A stretch of 64,000 nt of DNA from positions 46,624,001 through 46,688,000 of the forward strand of contig CM114271.1 in NCBI GenBank assembly GCA_050084515.1, read 5' to 3'. The stretch is from Blasia pusilla. Taxonomy: Eukaryota. Each line of letters starts with the position of its first letter. Positions within the stretch are counted from its first letter, which is position 1. The notes beneath the pieces were generated by a model that ran no database searches, had not been told where the DNA came from, and was given only the letters and a program-made list of their open reading frames with translations. The position numbers were made by a program, and so were the translations under genes. Of the stretch, positions 27,401-39,835 are shown piece after piece.

Positions 27401-28543
27401 GGGAAAGTTGTCAAGGAGCTGGTGGGAATTTGTTGTTTGCAGGTAGGCAAGCGAGTTGCCTTGGTCGAGAGCTTCCGGAGACGCGTGTGTTGCGTGTGTT
27501 GGTCATTTTACTGTTCAGAAGGTCATGGGCGGAAGCGCTATCCGGTTTTCTCAGATTTTTGGCTGGTGCAGATTAACAGGGGACATCAGCTGAGTGTAGC
27601 AGGACGTATGGCGTCAGTTGTACACAAGTGAGGGTCGGAAAGAGGAGGAGGCGGTTGGAAACTAGGGCACGGACGGGCAGATGGCGACGCTGTGCCCCCC
27701 ACCCCCTTTTTTTGGACGTGGTTGGCGCCTACCACGCAACATGGTAACCGAGTCGGGCGTACGTGGTAGCAATCAAGGAGAGATGGTTGAGTTCAGACGG
27801 CGTTGAGTCAAGTTACATGCCGCGTGTGGGGATAAGCGGAGAAGTTTGCACGACATGATTTTCTCGGACGTGACGAGGATTTGCGAGAGTTGACGACGGA
27901 GTGTCAGTAAGTATGATGCCGACGGGTTGTCCGCATTTGTTGACAGGAGGATTGACGTATTGGTCGAGGAGAGTATTTTGTTGCGGACGTTGTCGTGTCA
28001 CATGGAGGAGTGCGTGTTGACGGTGCCGTAGGTTGGAGGGCGTGATCAGGTTACCCATTCGAGTCCCTTTTCCCGCACTTGTCGTGTGTGATTGAGAGTG
28101 TTGGGTATCGGGTAGTAGCAGGTGCGAGGTGGATGTAGTGATGGTGAGAGGTGCGGTAAGAGGAGAGGAAGAGAGGAAGATAGGAGAGAGGAAACTACCT
28201 TCAACCGAAATAGATACTTTTTTTTGAAGAGAGTTTCCGTCGGGTTGAAGAGAGGAAAATTTTTGTTTGAATTTTTTTGCACTTTTTTGTTCATATATTA
28301 AGCAGTCCCACAAATTTTTTTTCCTCTTCCATATTTTGGCAACCCCTCTGAGTCCGACGAGTTGCAAATTGCACAAAATTTAGAAAACTGAAAAATCAGT
28401 GGAATCATAAGTGTGGAACCAATCACTTTTTCCATCCAAGGTCTGGAAAAAATCTATCATTTGCCCAGGGCTGAATAGAGTTCAAGCTCAAAGTGAAGGT
28501 TGAGAAAAAAAAAAAGTACAATCTAAAACCTCATTTTGCATCC

Positions 28544-31500
28544 TCAAAGTGGTTTGTTTAAAATACTTCGAACTTCTTTGAGGGACAAAATTGGTTGGTG
28601 GATTCCTACTCCTACCTCCAACTCTCTTAAAACTACCAACAACACATAGTACATGTGCTTACAAGGGAAATACCTTTTGCCACTTGTCTCTCTTTGGACA
28701 AAGTCATCACATGAACATGTGGGAAAGCAACAGATGTGCACCACATACACCCCTGTGACACTTGAATTTACAGTGTTGTTCCTGACCCAATACATCCTTC
28801 CTATTCCATTGCCACTCAAGACATCTTTCGTGGCGATGATCTCCATTTTTGCCTCCCCAGTTGATGCAATTTGCTTTGCTCTCTCCACCGTTGGCCTGCA
28901 CATTCTGTTTCTATTCACTCCATTTCTAGACTCAAACAGAAATAATGGATTGAGATCATCCTCCTTCTCCGGGTACATGTTGACATCAATCTTGGGTTGA
29001 ATACAAAATGCGAAGGTCTCTGTAATGCGAACATGCTCCGAACTTCCCCCGTCTACGAGTTCCGGCACTTGTAAGATTGTCCACTTCGTCTTGAGTGCAG
29101 TTCATGCCTGCGGCGATGGGCCAAATCGTGGGGGTATTCCCGGGGAGCTCCAATGGCAGCCGGATAAGACTTCCGGAAAGCGCAAGATTCATTTGGGCAG
29201 AAGAAGTACTTCAATTGATGCCCGGTCCTCGTGAAACGATCAAAGGTTTTGAGTCCCCAAAACCCAGGCAATGGTCGTCCAGTCCTTGTACAGTTCTTAT
29301 TTAGGAAAGTGCCGCATGCTCTCCTAATGCCATCGATCCGCGCCTGCCAGGTGGGTCCACGCCCTGGGTTGCTCCGAGATATATGCCACCGTTTAGGTTG
29401 CAATCCACCTCCATTACCAGAATCCCATATTGTTGAACCACCCCAGTGACAAGATGTTGCGAACTTCCAGCAACGGAGGGCTTTTGACATAAAACATTCA
29501 CTGATTTTGGAGAAGTAACTCCATCACGGATTTGGGACGGGTCCGGGGTCCCCGAATACCTGGGCGGTGTAATTTCCTCATCCAAATCAATCACCGGATT
29601 CGTTCCTCGATCTTCGCCTCTTCACTTGCTCAAGTCAAGATACTTATCTGGTCTCCACGAGTCTCGTTCGGACTGCTCTACCACCATCTGTATGGGACAT
29701 CTTGAAACCCGCCCACGAATATCCCCACCTATGTGTACGTCTTGCTCGAGTGGAGTTCCAGCTACGCACCGGTTGAAGGCTTTGACATACAATTTTTCAT
29801 CACCAGATCTCACAGCCGCCCTGACATAGAGCTCGTAGATCAACGGCCCCTTTCCTTTTGTTATGCCTTTTGTGAGGAAGATATGGGATGCTGCAGACTA
29901 TAGTATTGCTCTTGCCTGGTCTTGTTGGCATGCCTCCACAAGTGAAATTCGTTGGCATGCTTGTGACGACCTCCAAGAGGAATGAACACTTTCTGCTCCA
30001 CTTGTGTTGGGGCAGAGGGCATTTTCATGAACGTTCAATCCCTGCAACGACGGCAATGTTAGAAGGGAACGAAAATAACTCTGGAGTCAAAGAAATAAGC
30101 GACCTGTTGGAACCAGATGGGTTGTAGGCCCGAGATATCCCATGAACGACTCTGCGACCCGTCGGGTCCCGACGTGTTGTAACCTTAAACCCACCTACTG
30201 CAACCCGTCGGAACCGGACGGGTTCCAAGGCCGAGGCATCCCATGAATGACTCTGTGACCCGTCGGGTCCCGACGGGTTGCACACTCGGGTTGCACCAAA
30301 CATCTGGATGCAACCCGTCGGTTTCCGTCAGGTTGCACCCTCGGGCAACCCGTTGGTTTCCGTCGGGTTACACACTCGGGCAACCCGTTGCATCCGACAG
30401 CTTGCTTGGTTTCTTGGGTTTGAAATCCATATAGTTCCCATGCTTCTCACCCTGAGCTACAACTTTACAAACAATTCTCAGCGTGAGCTTGACAAGACAA
30501 AATAGTGAACTCACCTGCCGCATGAAGTTTCCCCATTGTCTCATACGTAGAGTCTACCAACTCAACCAAGAGCACAACTCTTTGTACTTCCCCTCAATCG
30601 CATGCTTCCTCCACCACCCATGAAGTTCTTCCTGGCATTCCATGGCCTGCTTCAAGGTTTTGATGTCCTTGCAGCGTTGGAGTAGAGTGACATGCTCTGT
30701 CCTCTTATTCTCCTTGATGCAAGATTTGGTGTACCGGGTCACAGACTGTTGCCAATGGAAAGCATCCGACCTTTCCCTCTCCGGTTGAACCTCTCCACCC
30801 CAGAACACTTCCCGGATAGCAATCCACCCAGGTTGTGCATTGTCCGCCATGAACCCATAAATTTCCGGAGGTGGCCTTTTGTTTTCCTTCACCACCTCCA
30901 ATAAGAGTAACCAGCACATCTTCAAATTGCCAACGTCTTCTGCCTTTACTTCACAGACAAATATAATTTTGAGTCCCTTCTCCACATGGTCATAAACGTG
31001 AGCACCCATCGTCAACCATCCGTTCAACACTCAATAGCAAATATCAAACCTTACTCAACTCACGTAAAGATCTTCCCCTTCCCTCATTCGATCTATAAGA
31101 TCGAGGCCACTCGACGGACCTGTGGTTGACATTTTGAAGACATAGGCCCTGGATCCCTCGCCTCCTTGGCCCATGAACCGCCATCTCGAATGAACGGAAA
31201 TCTGGAGTTGGCCTTGATTCGGCGATGGCATCCATTTCGCCGTCTTTCCATCCGTAACTCGTATTTGACGCAAAGCAAATTCGGAAGCATTCAGGATCAG
31301 CGAGAAATGCGAGATTCTCCTGAGTTGTTTCTCCTCAACCGTAATCTCGCTTGTCCAGGGATTCCAAGCAATTTTTCACAAATTTGTGATGCCGTTGTGA
31401 GCTTGATCACTCCGGGCTTTGAACCCGGAGAGTTTGTGTAGACCTCGGCTACTTTCTTCGCCACATCCTCCTTGATGTGTCTTTGAATTGCATCGGTCAC

Positions 31501-32341
31501 AGGATGAGTGTGGGAGCCAACATGGAGTGCCAGCCTTGTATACTTTGACGTGGAGCCCAAGTCGTGGACAATGAAAAATATGTATGCAGGACACGCTCCA
31601 ACGCATAAGGGCGATGCCTGACAATGAGGATATCGATGGCCTCCAGGCGGTATGGTGGCACCGACCGCGTATGGAGTTTCTGCATTCTTGGGAGGGAATT
31701 GTGACGTATTGACTCGCCTGTTGCGCTCTAGATACGGGCATGCTGGACTTCTACACTCCAAGGCTCCCACGCATTGGCGGCGGGAGACAATCCAAGGACC
31801 ATCTGGAATTGAAGCACTGGTCCGTTGAAGCCTGCACCATCGATGATAATCGATTTTCGTCCCATACCCTTCAGCGCCCTCCATCCTTCTTTTGAGCAGG
31901 AGCAGCAAGTGGAGGCAACTCAAAAATGCAATTACCATCATACGTGGGCGGCAGCTCGTCGACAAGAATGCGCTTGAACATTTTCAAGGCCAGAGACGAA
32001 AGCAAACTATTGCCGGATACTCGCAAGAGGAACGAGTAGGCGGACAGAGGGCCCGACTGGTGTCCGACAGATCCACTGAGGTTGATAACATCCGGAATCT
32101 CTTCAGGAAGAACAACATTGTTACAAGCGTCGCGGTTGGAGTCGGCCGATCTGCAGAGCTTGGAGTTGCAAACGAGAGCTCGGAGCACTAGGAAATTCTA
32201 GACCGTCTACTTGGGAAACAGACGAATTCAAGGGCAGGCCGTAAACTCTGTATTGACCATTTGGTAGAGGTAGGAGATTCCATACTTTACGGTCTGAGGT
32301 CACTGGCTGGACCGTCTCACCTATTATGTCTTCCGTACCAT
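28544..32341 (-). pseudogene. MULE transposase: GCM/WRKY-like zinc finger, DDE core, SWIM finger; one intron; stops and frameshifts
   Basis: CVGALEC..C..C..C..HVGSHTHP (GCM-like); VRFDIC (D1); FMADNAQ..AIREVF..DAFHWQQSV (D2 + CxxH-like). Intron 30514-30042 joins NFMRQ|GLN..CPNTSGAESVHSSW (E). C-terminal CSCDDF..PCKHMYYV is a SWIM finger. Confidence 0.85.
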
Positions 32342-35300
32342 CCACCCTAACATCTTTGGATACAAAGATGGTTCCAATTTGGAGAAGAAATCAAGCATGT
32401 AAAAATTTTCATCCACTACTATGAAAGACTCACGAGCTTGGGGTCGAATGATTTCTGATTGAGGAAGGGCCTCGGATGATCGCCACAAGTGAGCTTAACA
32501 TAATTATCCATTCCAAGAAGATTCCAACGAGAGGAGACGAGAATGAGAATGAGAATGAGAATTTTTAATTTATAGTGAATAGGAAAAGATACACGACATG
32601 ATTTTTTACTGACAAGATGAATTCGGTGGATGACATTGTCTGACACAATGGATCCAATTCTGTAACACATTCAATTCTGTTGCAATATGTTACCGGATTT
32701 GGGAAGCAAAGGGTTGCGCATCACACTTCTATTCCGTCGGAGTCCTGGTAACTGAAAAATTACCCGAAGCTAACCGAAGCCTGCAACCCGTCGGCATCGG
32801 ACGGGTTGCACACTTCTGCTAAACATTGTCGAGGCGAGCAACCCGTCGCTCTCCGACGAGTTGCTCGGATACCGCTCCTTCTTGCCCGAAGATGCCGGAG
32901 GCGTGCAAACCGTCTGTTCCCGACGAGTTCCGCGGGTGCCTCACCTTTTTGCCCAAAGACGGCGAGGCGTGCAACCCGTCGCCCTCCAACGGGTTGCGCA
33001 AGGGCCTCGCCTTGTGGTGCAGCCAGCCGGACTCCGACGACTTGCACGGGAAGCCCTCGTTCTTAACCCTTGATGAGGGAAGCGTGCAACCCAACGGTCT
33101 CCGACGGATTGCCCAAGATACGTCCCGTTCCCGTCCCAAACACGGCGGAGGCGCGCAACATGTCGGTCTCCGACGGGTTGCGCGGGTACCTCGCGTTCTT
33201 TTCCGAAGACGACGGAGGCGCTCAACCCGTCGGTCTCCGACGGGTTGAGCATGCACGTGGCGACGTACCCAGGATGGCGGAGGCGCGCAACATGTCGGTC
33301 TCCGACGGGTTGCGCGGGTACCTCGCGTTCTTTTCCAAAGACGACGGAGGCGCTCAACCCGTCGGTCTCCGACGGGTTGCTCGCGACGCGGGTAACGCGT
33401 ACCCACGATGGCGGAGCCGCGCAACTGTCGGACTCGACGGGTTGCCATTTTTCACGTCCGGACTTCCGTAACATCCGGCACGTCGCCGTCGAAAAGACGA
33501 TGGGACCCAACGGTTAGCCCAACGGCTAGAAAAGTATAAATAAGGCAGAAATCGCTCATTTCCGGTTTCTCATTTTGCGATCTTCATTCCTCACTCTCCC
33601 GCGTAGCAGCTGATCAAATACGTAGGGGCATTTCACACGGCGACACATCGCGAGTCGATAGGAGGGAACAAGAGCGAGACTGTTCGACCGAACGACAGCG
33701 AGACGCTTCGACTGAGCGATCGCGGGACGATTCGAGCTACCCATCAAGGCGATTCGAGCTCCCCATCTCGACATCAGCAAGGCGACTGATCAAGGGATTC
33801 GTCGTGGACAGTGGAGGCATTTCCGGAAAAAATGACGAGGAAAAAGTCACAAGCCAACAAGTCTGGGAGCTTCATTCCGAAGTCCATTAGGACTCCTGCG
33901 TCAGCTTCTCCTGGGTTCGGCGAATGAAATTAGGCAGCAGGAAATCGAGGAGCGGGAAAGGGAAGCGGAGATGCACAACCAAGTGCTTCTTGCGAGACGT
34001 TTTCAAGAGGTGCTAGATAAACAGAACGCAGAGGCTGAGACGTCGCAGGCCTTGAAGAAAAGGATCGCCAACGAAAAGAGAGAAAAGAAGCGTCTCGACG
34101 CGTCGGTGAGGAGGGCAGAATTGGCTAAAGCGAGGAGGGAAAAAGCGATAGCCATTGAAGATAGCCCAACCCGTCCAACCGCAAGTGTTGAGATGCGGGA
34201 AATGTCCCCCACGAAGTCCGGGGACACAATCAACATAGTGGAAACGCCAGAAGTTGAAATCGATGACGACGAGGTCATGAGGACCGCCAGCGTGGAGATG
34301 GTGGACATGGCCGAAGAAGCCAAAGAGCGGTCATTCTTGACTCCAAGCCCGGCGGAGGACATCTACCTCTATCGGATCGACGAGTTCCCAGTTGATTTTC
34401 CAACTTCTGTCTCAGACAAGTTAGCTGGTCAAAAAACCGACCCCATTTTTGAGCGGGTAAGAGAGGATCTGGGTTTTTTGAATTATGTGAATTGCAATTT
34501 ATTGGGAATTCAGTGTAGCTTATTCATCTTGTCCCGGTTCTGACAGGTGGTAAAGCAGATGGCACTCATGGAGGGCCACAACGCCCCGAGGATTCCACTC
34601 TGCCAATTGCGGACAATGGAATACGTCCGCGAAATTCAGTCGGACGAGGACATCGCGAAGCTTAAACAATCGGCGGCGACAACATCCTACGTCGATAGCT
34701 TTCCTCCCTTCTATGTTCAGCCTTACGACGAGCATGGAACCCAAGCTCTGGTTACAGAGGAGGACTTGGAAAAGCTCGACACATTCTGGAGGATGCGAGA
34801 CCAGGATTTCGAAGGCAAGTTGAGGGCACGGAATTCATTTGGATGAGGAATCTACATTTCTTCATCCGGGATGGAAATCACAGAGTTCATGGCGTGGACC
34901 AAGTTTGCGGAGGAGCGGCCCAACTCATTGGAGGCACATTTTGCGTGAAGGCGGTGGTCCTTCACCCATTCCCTCATCACATGGCGACGGTGGAGATGGC
35001 AATGCATGCCATGAACACGTGAGTATCTTTAACATTTACGCAACTCGCCGGAGTCCGACGAGTTGCTTGATTGATGAATGGGTTAGGTTTGTTTTTGCGA
35101 AAGCAACTCGTCGGACTCACGGGTTGCTCGACCGCACGCTTTTTTGGATGTTTTTTAAGAATGCAACTTGTCGGACTCCGACGAGTTGTTTGATTGACCA
35201 CAGATTTAATTAGTTTTTGGCCCAAAGCAAACCGTCAGAGTCCGACGGGTTGCTCGACTCGCCGCCTTGTCAGGATGTTTTGAAGAATGCAACTCGTTGG

Positions 35301-38300
35301 ACTCGACGAGTTGTTATTGATCGACGCAGTTTAGAAGGTTTTTTCCCCAAAGCAACCCGTCGGAGTCCGACGGGTTGCTTGCCTCGAAACTGTTTTTGGC
35401 CGAAATCAACCCGTCAGAGTCCGACGGGTTGCTTTGGGATAAAAACCTTCTAAACCTGCAGTCAGTCGAACAACTCGTTGGAGTCCGACGAGTTGCATTC
35501 TTCAAAAAACATCCTGACATCCTGTTGTGAGTCGAGCAACCCGTCGGCCTCCGACGGTTTGCTTACCAGGCATTAGCAAATTTGAATGCAATCCGTCAGA
35601 CTCCGACGGGTTGCATCATTTAGCTCGTTGCTAGAATCCGACCTTGAGCTGTGACGACCCGTCGGAGTGCGACGGGTTGCATGAACCCATGTAATTTCCT
35701 GACGGGTTGAGTTTGGATGTGCAGGATTGTATCGGAGGGGAATGTCACCCACCACTGGATCCAGGACTGCGATCGGGTGAGGAAGGTGCTTACGACGCAC
35801 CCGGGAGAGTACAAGGGGTTCTTGGGCGATGCCCTTGTAAATCAGATGCTTGCAAAGGGTGCTCAGATTAAAAAGAAAACTTGGGCAAATAAGTTTATTT
35901 CCCAAGATGCAGCCATAACCATCCTTTTGCTGGTCGAAGATACAGGCCGAAAAGAAAAGCGCTCCACCGAGCTGGAGCGGAGGGAGAAGGTATCTGCGTC
36001 TGAGCGCGCCAAATTCATCCAAGCTGTAGTATCTGCAGCAACGAAATACATGGCGAGCAAGATGGAGCGATACATCAGCATTCTCAACCCCGAACTTGGT
36101 CCGGAGTTCTACAAGGAGCCAAGGCGATTATCAAGCGCCCGGTGAAAGGGATGAAGATCCGCGTGGTCGGATTGGGGAGAAAGTGTCCCGGATCGCGTGC
36201 ATCGGTTTGCGTTTCCGGCATAAGCGAGTTTAGGAGGATCCAAGCGATGAAAATCAGTCTCGAGGGCTCGTGAGGCTCGAGAAGAGGGCGGCACACCATC
36301 CCTGGTGTGTCCGATCCGATGATCTCGCACGGCTACGCGAATGGTTGTTCGGGGGCGCGTTGCGGGTTATCGTGAAGTCCGTCGGGGACGGTTTGCAAGC
36401 GGAGCTCGAAGATTAGAGCCCATCCGGATGAAGCAAACCTTGAAAGTTCGGAGATTTCGAGGTTTGGCTGACGACATCCGGACAAGCCAACCAAAACCCA
36501 GGATTCAAGACCATGTTCAAGGTTTGCGTCCTCCTCTCAGAGCTTGACGAAGAAGTAGAGGGGAACAAACGGGATCAAGCGAAGAAGAAGCGAGATCTAC
36601 AGGAGCAGACGGCCGATTCTATTCGACTAAAAGTCGCCCAAAGGATGGTCTTGTGTACCTCGTCAATGTAAGAATGCAGTGCGTGGGGAAAATAACCAGT
36701 AGCCTTGAAATTGTGGGCTTCGCCACGGATGCAGAGACATTCTCCATGTACGACATGGAGATGGGGCAAAGACATGTCCGATTGGGAGGTGGAGAATTGC
36801 CCCATTTGGCTCGACTTCAACGACCACTCAAGACATCACCGATAAGGATTTACGAGTGCTTCATGATACAAAGTGGCCTCACGACAAGACGACATCCCCA
36901 ATTTTGTCAAACCAAGACTTCTTGGAGGAGATGTAGAAGAGCAGCCCACGAGACAGGTGAGTTGGCTTCCAAGGTCCGCATGACCAAAGACAAATCCACG
37001 GCGGGTGTCAAAGGCAAGGCGAGGGGAGGGAAAATTCAGAGGCCGAGTCTTCCCAAAAGAGAGGTGAAGATTCAAGGCAGAGGCGGAATCGTCCCGGACG
37101 AGCGGGAGAGAGGGTCGGACCAGGTCCTCGGCGAAAAAAAAACCCCACCGAGTCCGAGGTCATAGAGACCCGACAAGCCGTCCGCAGACTAGGGAGAAGC
37201 GGCGAGAGGTGCGCGGGTTGTCCCAAGGAGAATCTGATCCATTATCCTCGGAAGACACAGACAAACAACGACCGGACAAGCGTCCTCCTTCGATTCACTT
37301 TTTCTTGGATAAGTCAAGAGCTTGATTCTCAAGCATCGACACCAGCCATCGGAAGCAAAAGCATGGACGGAAGCTCCAACGAAACGGCACGCTGCCTGGA
37401 CGGTGAATGGAGTGGTCGAAGAGGTTGCGGTGGATCTCTTGATCTCCGATCTGCCATCGGGGTTGCGACTTTGGGGCGAGAATCCGTCGGACGAGGTACG
37501 TAAGTGGAATGTGCCGCTCTCTTATGACCAGATTGCGCTTTTGTTCTCCTTTGCAGACGCCTATCTGAGTGAGAGGGGCTGCTTCTTGGTGTTGACTGGA
37601 GGGAGCGAGGACGAGCTCTTCAACCTCCAGTGCGTCAAGAGGTGGCTAAAGTGGAGGACGGCGCAATCGTGGATCATAAAAAACGAGTACCCACTCCGAT
37701 CCGCGACGAGTCAGATTCGGGTAAGGCTCAATTCATGTCCTATAATTTCAATTATATTTTAATGATGTGTATAATGAGTGTTCATCTCCGTTGAGTGAGT
37801 ATAATGAATGTCAATCTGGGTTTTTTTTGTCCGTGAGCAACCCGTCGGAAGGCGACGGGTTGCTGGCTTAGAGCAGCCCATGCTCGGCTGAGAGCAGCCC
37901 ATGCTCGGCTGAGAGCAACCCGTCGGCTTCCGACGGGTTGCATCTTTCCCACATACATAAGGAAAACCGCGTTGTACCTGCAATCCGTCGGAACCCGACG
38001 GGTTGCAGTTGCTTTTGGTTTTTCCCAGGTGCTTTTGGTTTTTGGATGCAACCCGTCTGATAGCGACGGGTTGCTCTCAGGCAAGCATGCCCTGCTCTAG
38101 GCCAGCAACCCGTCGCCTTCCGACGGGTTGCTCATGGACAAAAACAACGGGGCCCGACGGATTGTTTTAGTCCCTGACCAACCCGTCGGAAGGCGACGGG
38201 TTGGTCCGGGACAAAGCAACCCATCGGACTCTGACAGGTTGATCCAAAGTCAGTTATTGAAAATGTTCTCAAGCCGACTTCTTTAGTTTTTGACATTGTT

Positions 38301-39835
38301 TCCAACGTGCTGATTTACAGATGGACCACTCCTACGTGTACTGCTTCGTTCGGCCCGAGCACAATTTCCACGTGTTCAAGATCCAGGATCCTGTGGATTC
38401 ATGCTTAGATGGGTATAGCTTAGATAGTTTGTACAATTCCCCCCCGGGAATTTACATGCAAGACAGTACCCCACTTCTGGGAGGAAGGAAAAGTCGCCGA
38501 CCCGATGCAACGCTCATCGAGCTCGCTCAAGGCCGGGTGACTTGGTGTTCGACTTAGTGGGACTTTCAGGGGCAAGTATCAAAGGCGCCTGGCAAAGTGG
38601 CAGGAACATTCTCTGCCTCGAGGGAAGGCAGGAACTGTTTGACCTTTGCAAGGAGGAAAAGGAAGAATACGAAAGGCTCGTTGGGGCGTACAACTCTCCA
38701 CCAAAGCCGAGAGCTCCGGTTCCAGAGCCACCCTTGGTAGTGACTCCATCGTCACTTCCAACGATTCCAAAAATTGGGAGGGCAAGGCCGAAAGTAATTT
38801 TGCAAGAACTCTCAGACGATGACGAGTGAGTTCAAAGAACTCAACGACCCAGCTTGACTGCAGCGTTTGGAGTAGGGAGTTTTTTGATGATGAGGCAAAA
38901 GATTTCATAGAATAGATCAAATGTACACTTCCGAGCTTTTTTCGGATGATATAAAGCAGAAGATTTTTTCGAACGATGGTGGTGCTTGTAAAAGTTTGCT
39001 GAACATTTTTTGTCTTTTCGAATGTGATTGTCTATGTACTCCGCGGACTTCTATTTTTCAACCCGTCGGATTTCTCCTGCTTGCAACTTTTCACTTTTTG
39101 ACCACTGCACCCTTTTTACCACTTCGAGGCAACCTGTCTGATTCCGACAAGTTGCCTGATTGGACTCTTTCCCTGTTGGTCTAACTTAAGAGGCAGTCTG
39201 GTGGGCTTCTTCCCTTGGCACCTTCCCCTCAACTCGTAAAGGCAGGCGTAGGCTTCTTTTCTTCTCTCAGACGTTTTGGATTCCTACTACCTGTGCGATT
39301 GCCATAATGGTATTACCGGGGACGGAGCAGACATTGATAATGGATGGGTGTCACATTGCAGAGCGTACAAGGTATACTGCCGAGGAAGGCGGTGGGACTC
39401 GAAACAGGTTACATGGGACCGTTATGGTGTACCTAGGGGGGGGGCCAAGGCTCTCAAATTCGCCAACATTTTCGATCCCCGTCTACAATCGGCCTGAGGA
39501 GCCACTTGTATCCCAGGACATTCCTTTGGTATTGTCATCGAGGAGAGTTAGGAGTAAATTTGTAGATGACGAGGCTGAAGAAATCATAGACTAGGTGAAA
39601 TGTACATTTCCGAGGTTCCTTCGGAGGTAATAAAGGACGAGATTTTTTCAACCCATAATGGTGTTTGTAAAAGTTTGCTGGAATATTTTTTGGACTTGTG
39701 GATTGTGTTCTTTTAGCTACTCAGAATTACAATTCTGCAACCCGTATGATTCCGACGGGTTGCAACTTTTTGCTTTTTGCCCACTGCAACTTTTCTACCA
39801 TTTCCAGGCAACCTGTCGGATTCCGACAGGTTGAC
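30150..39835. repeat. Dispersed 25-bp palindrome CAACCCGTCGG-N3-CCGACGGGTTG, >30 degenerate copies
   Basis: Clusters at 30150-30410 (transposase intron), 32780-33450 (intergenic/promoter), 35040-35710 and 37840-38245 (introns of the accessory gene), and 39058-39835 (downstream). Confidence 0.93.
33833..38829 (+). pseudogene. MULE accessory gene: charged N-terminus, ParB/Srx-like motif, beta-class N4C/N6A DNA methyltransferase-like C-terminus; 3 introns; frameshifted
   Basis: GT-AG introns 34457-34546, 35019-35724 and 37721-38320 keep frame. FFIRDGNHR at 34858-34884; VDLLISDLPSG (37430-37462, DPPY-like motif IV); YLSERGCFLV; LIEL-SRPGDLVFDLVGLSGASIKGAWQSGRNILCLE (38512-38622, motif X/I-like). 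Confidence 0.7.

Noticed and set aside
32760-33517. Repetitive ORFs and CRISPR-like spaced palindromes
   Set aside because: The ORFs are by-products of the palindrome array. Repeats are degenerate, spacers are related to each other, no cas genes are present and the context is eukaryotic, so this is not a CRISPR array.
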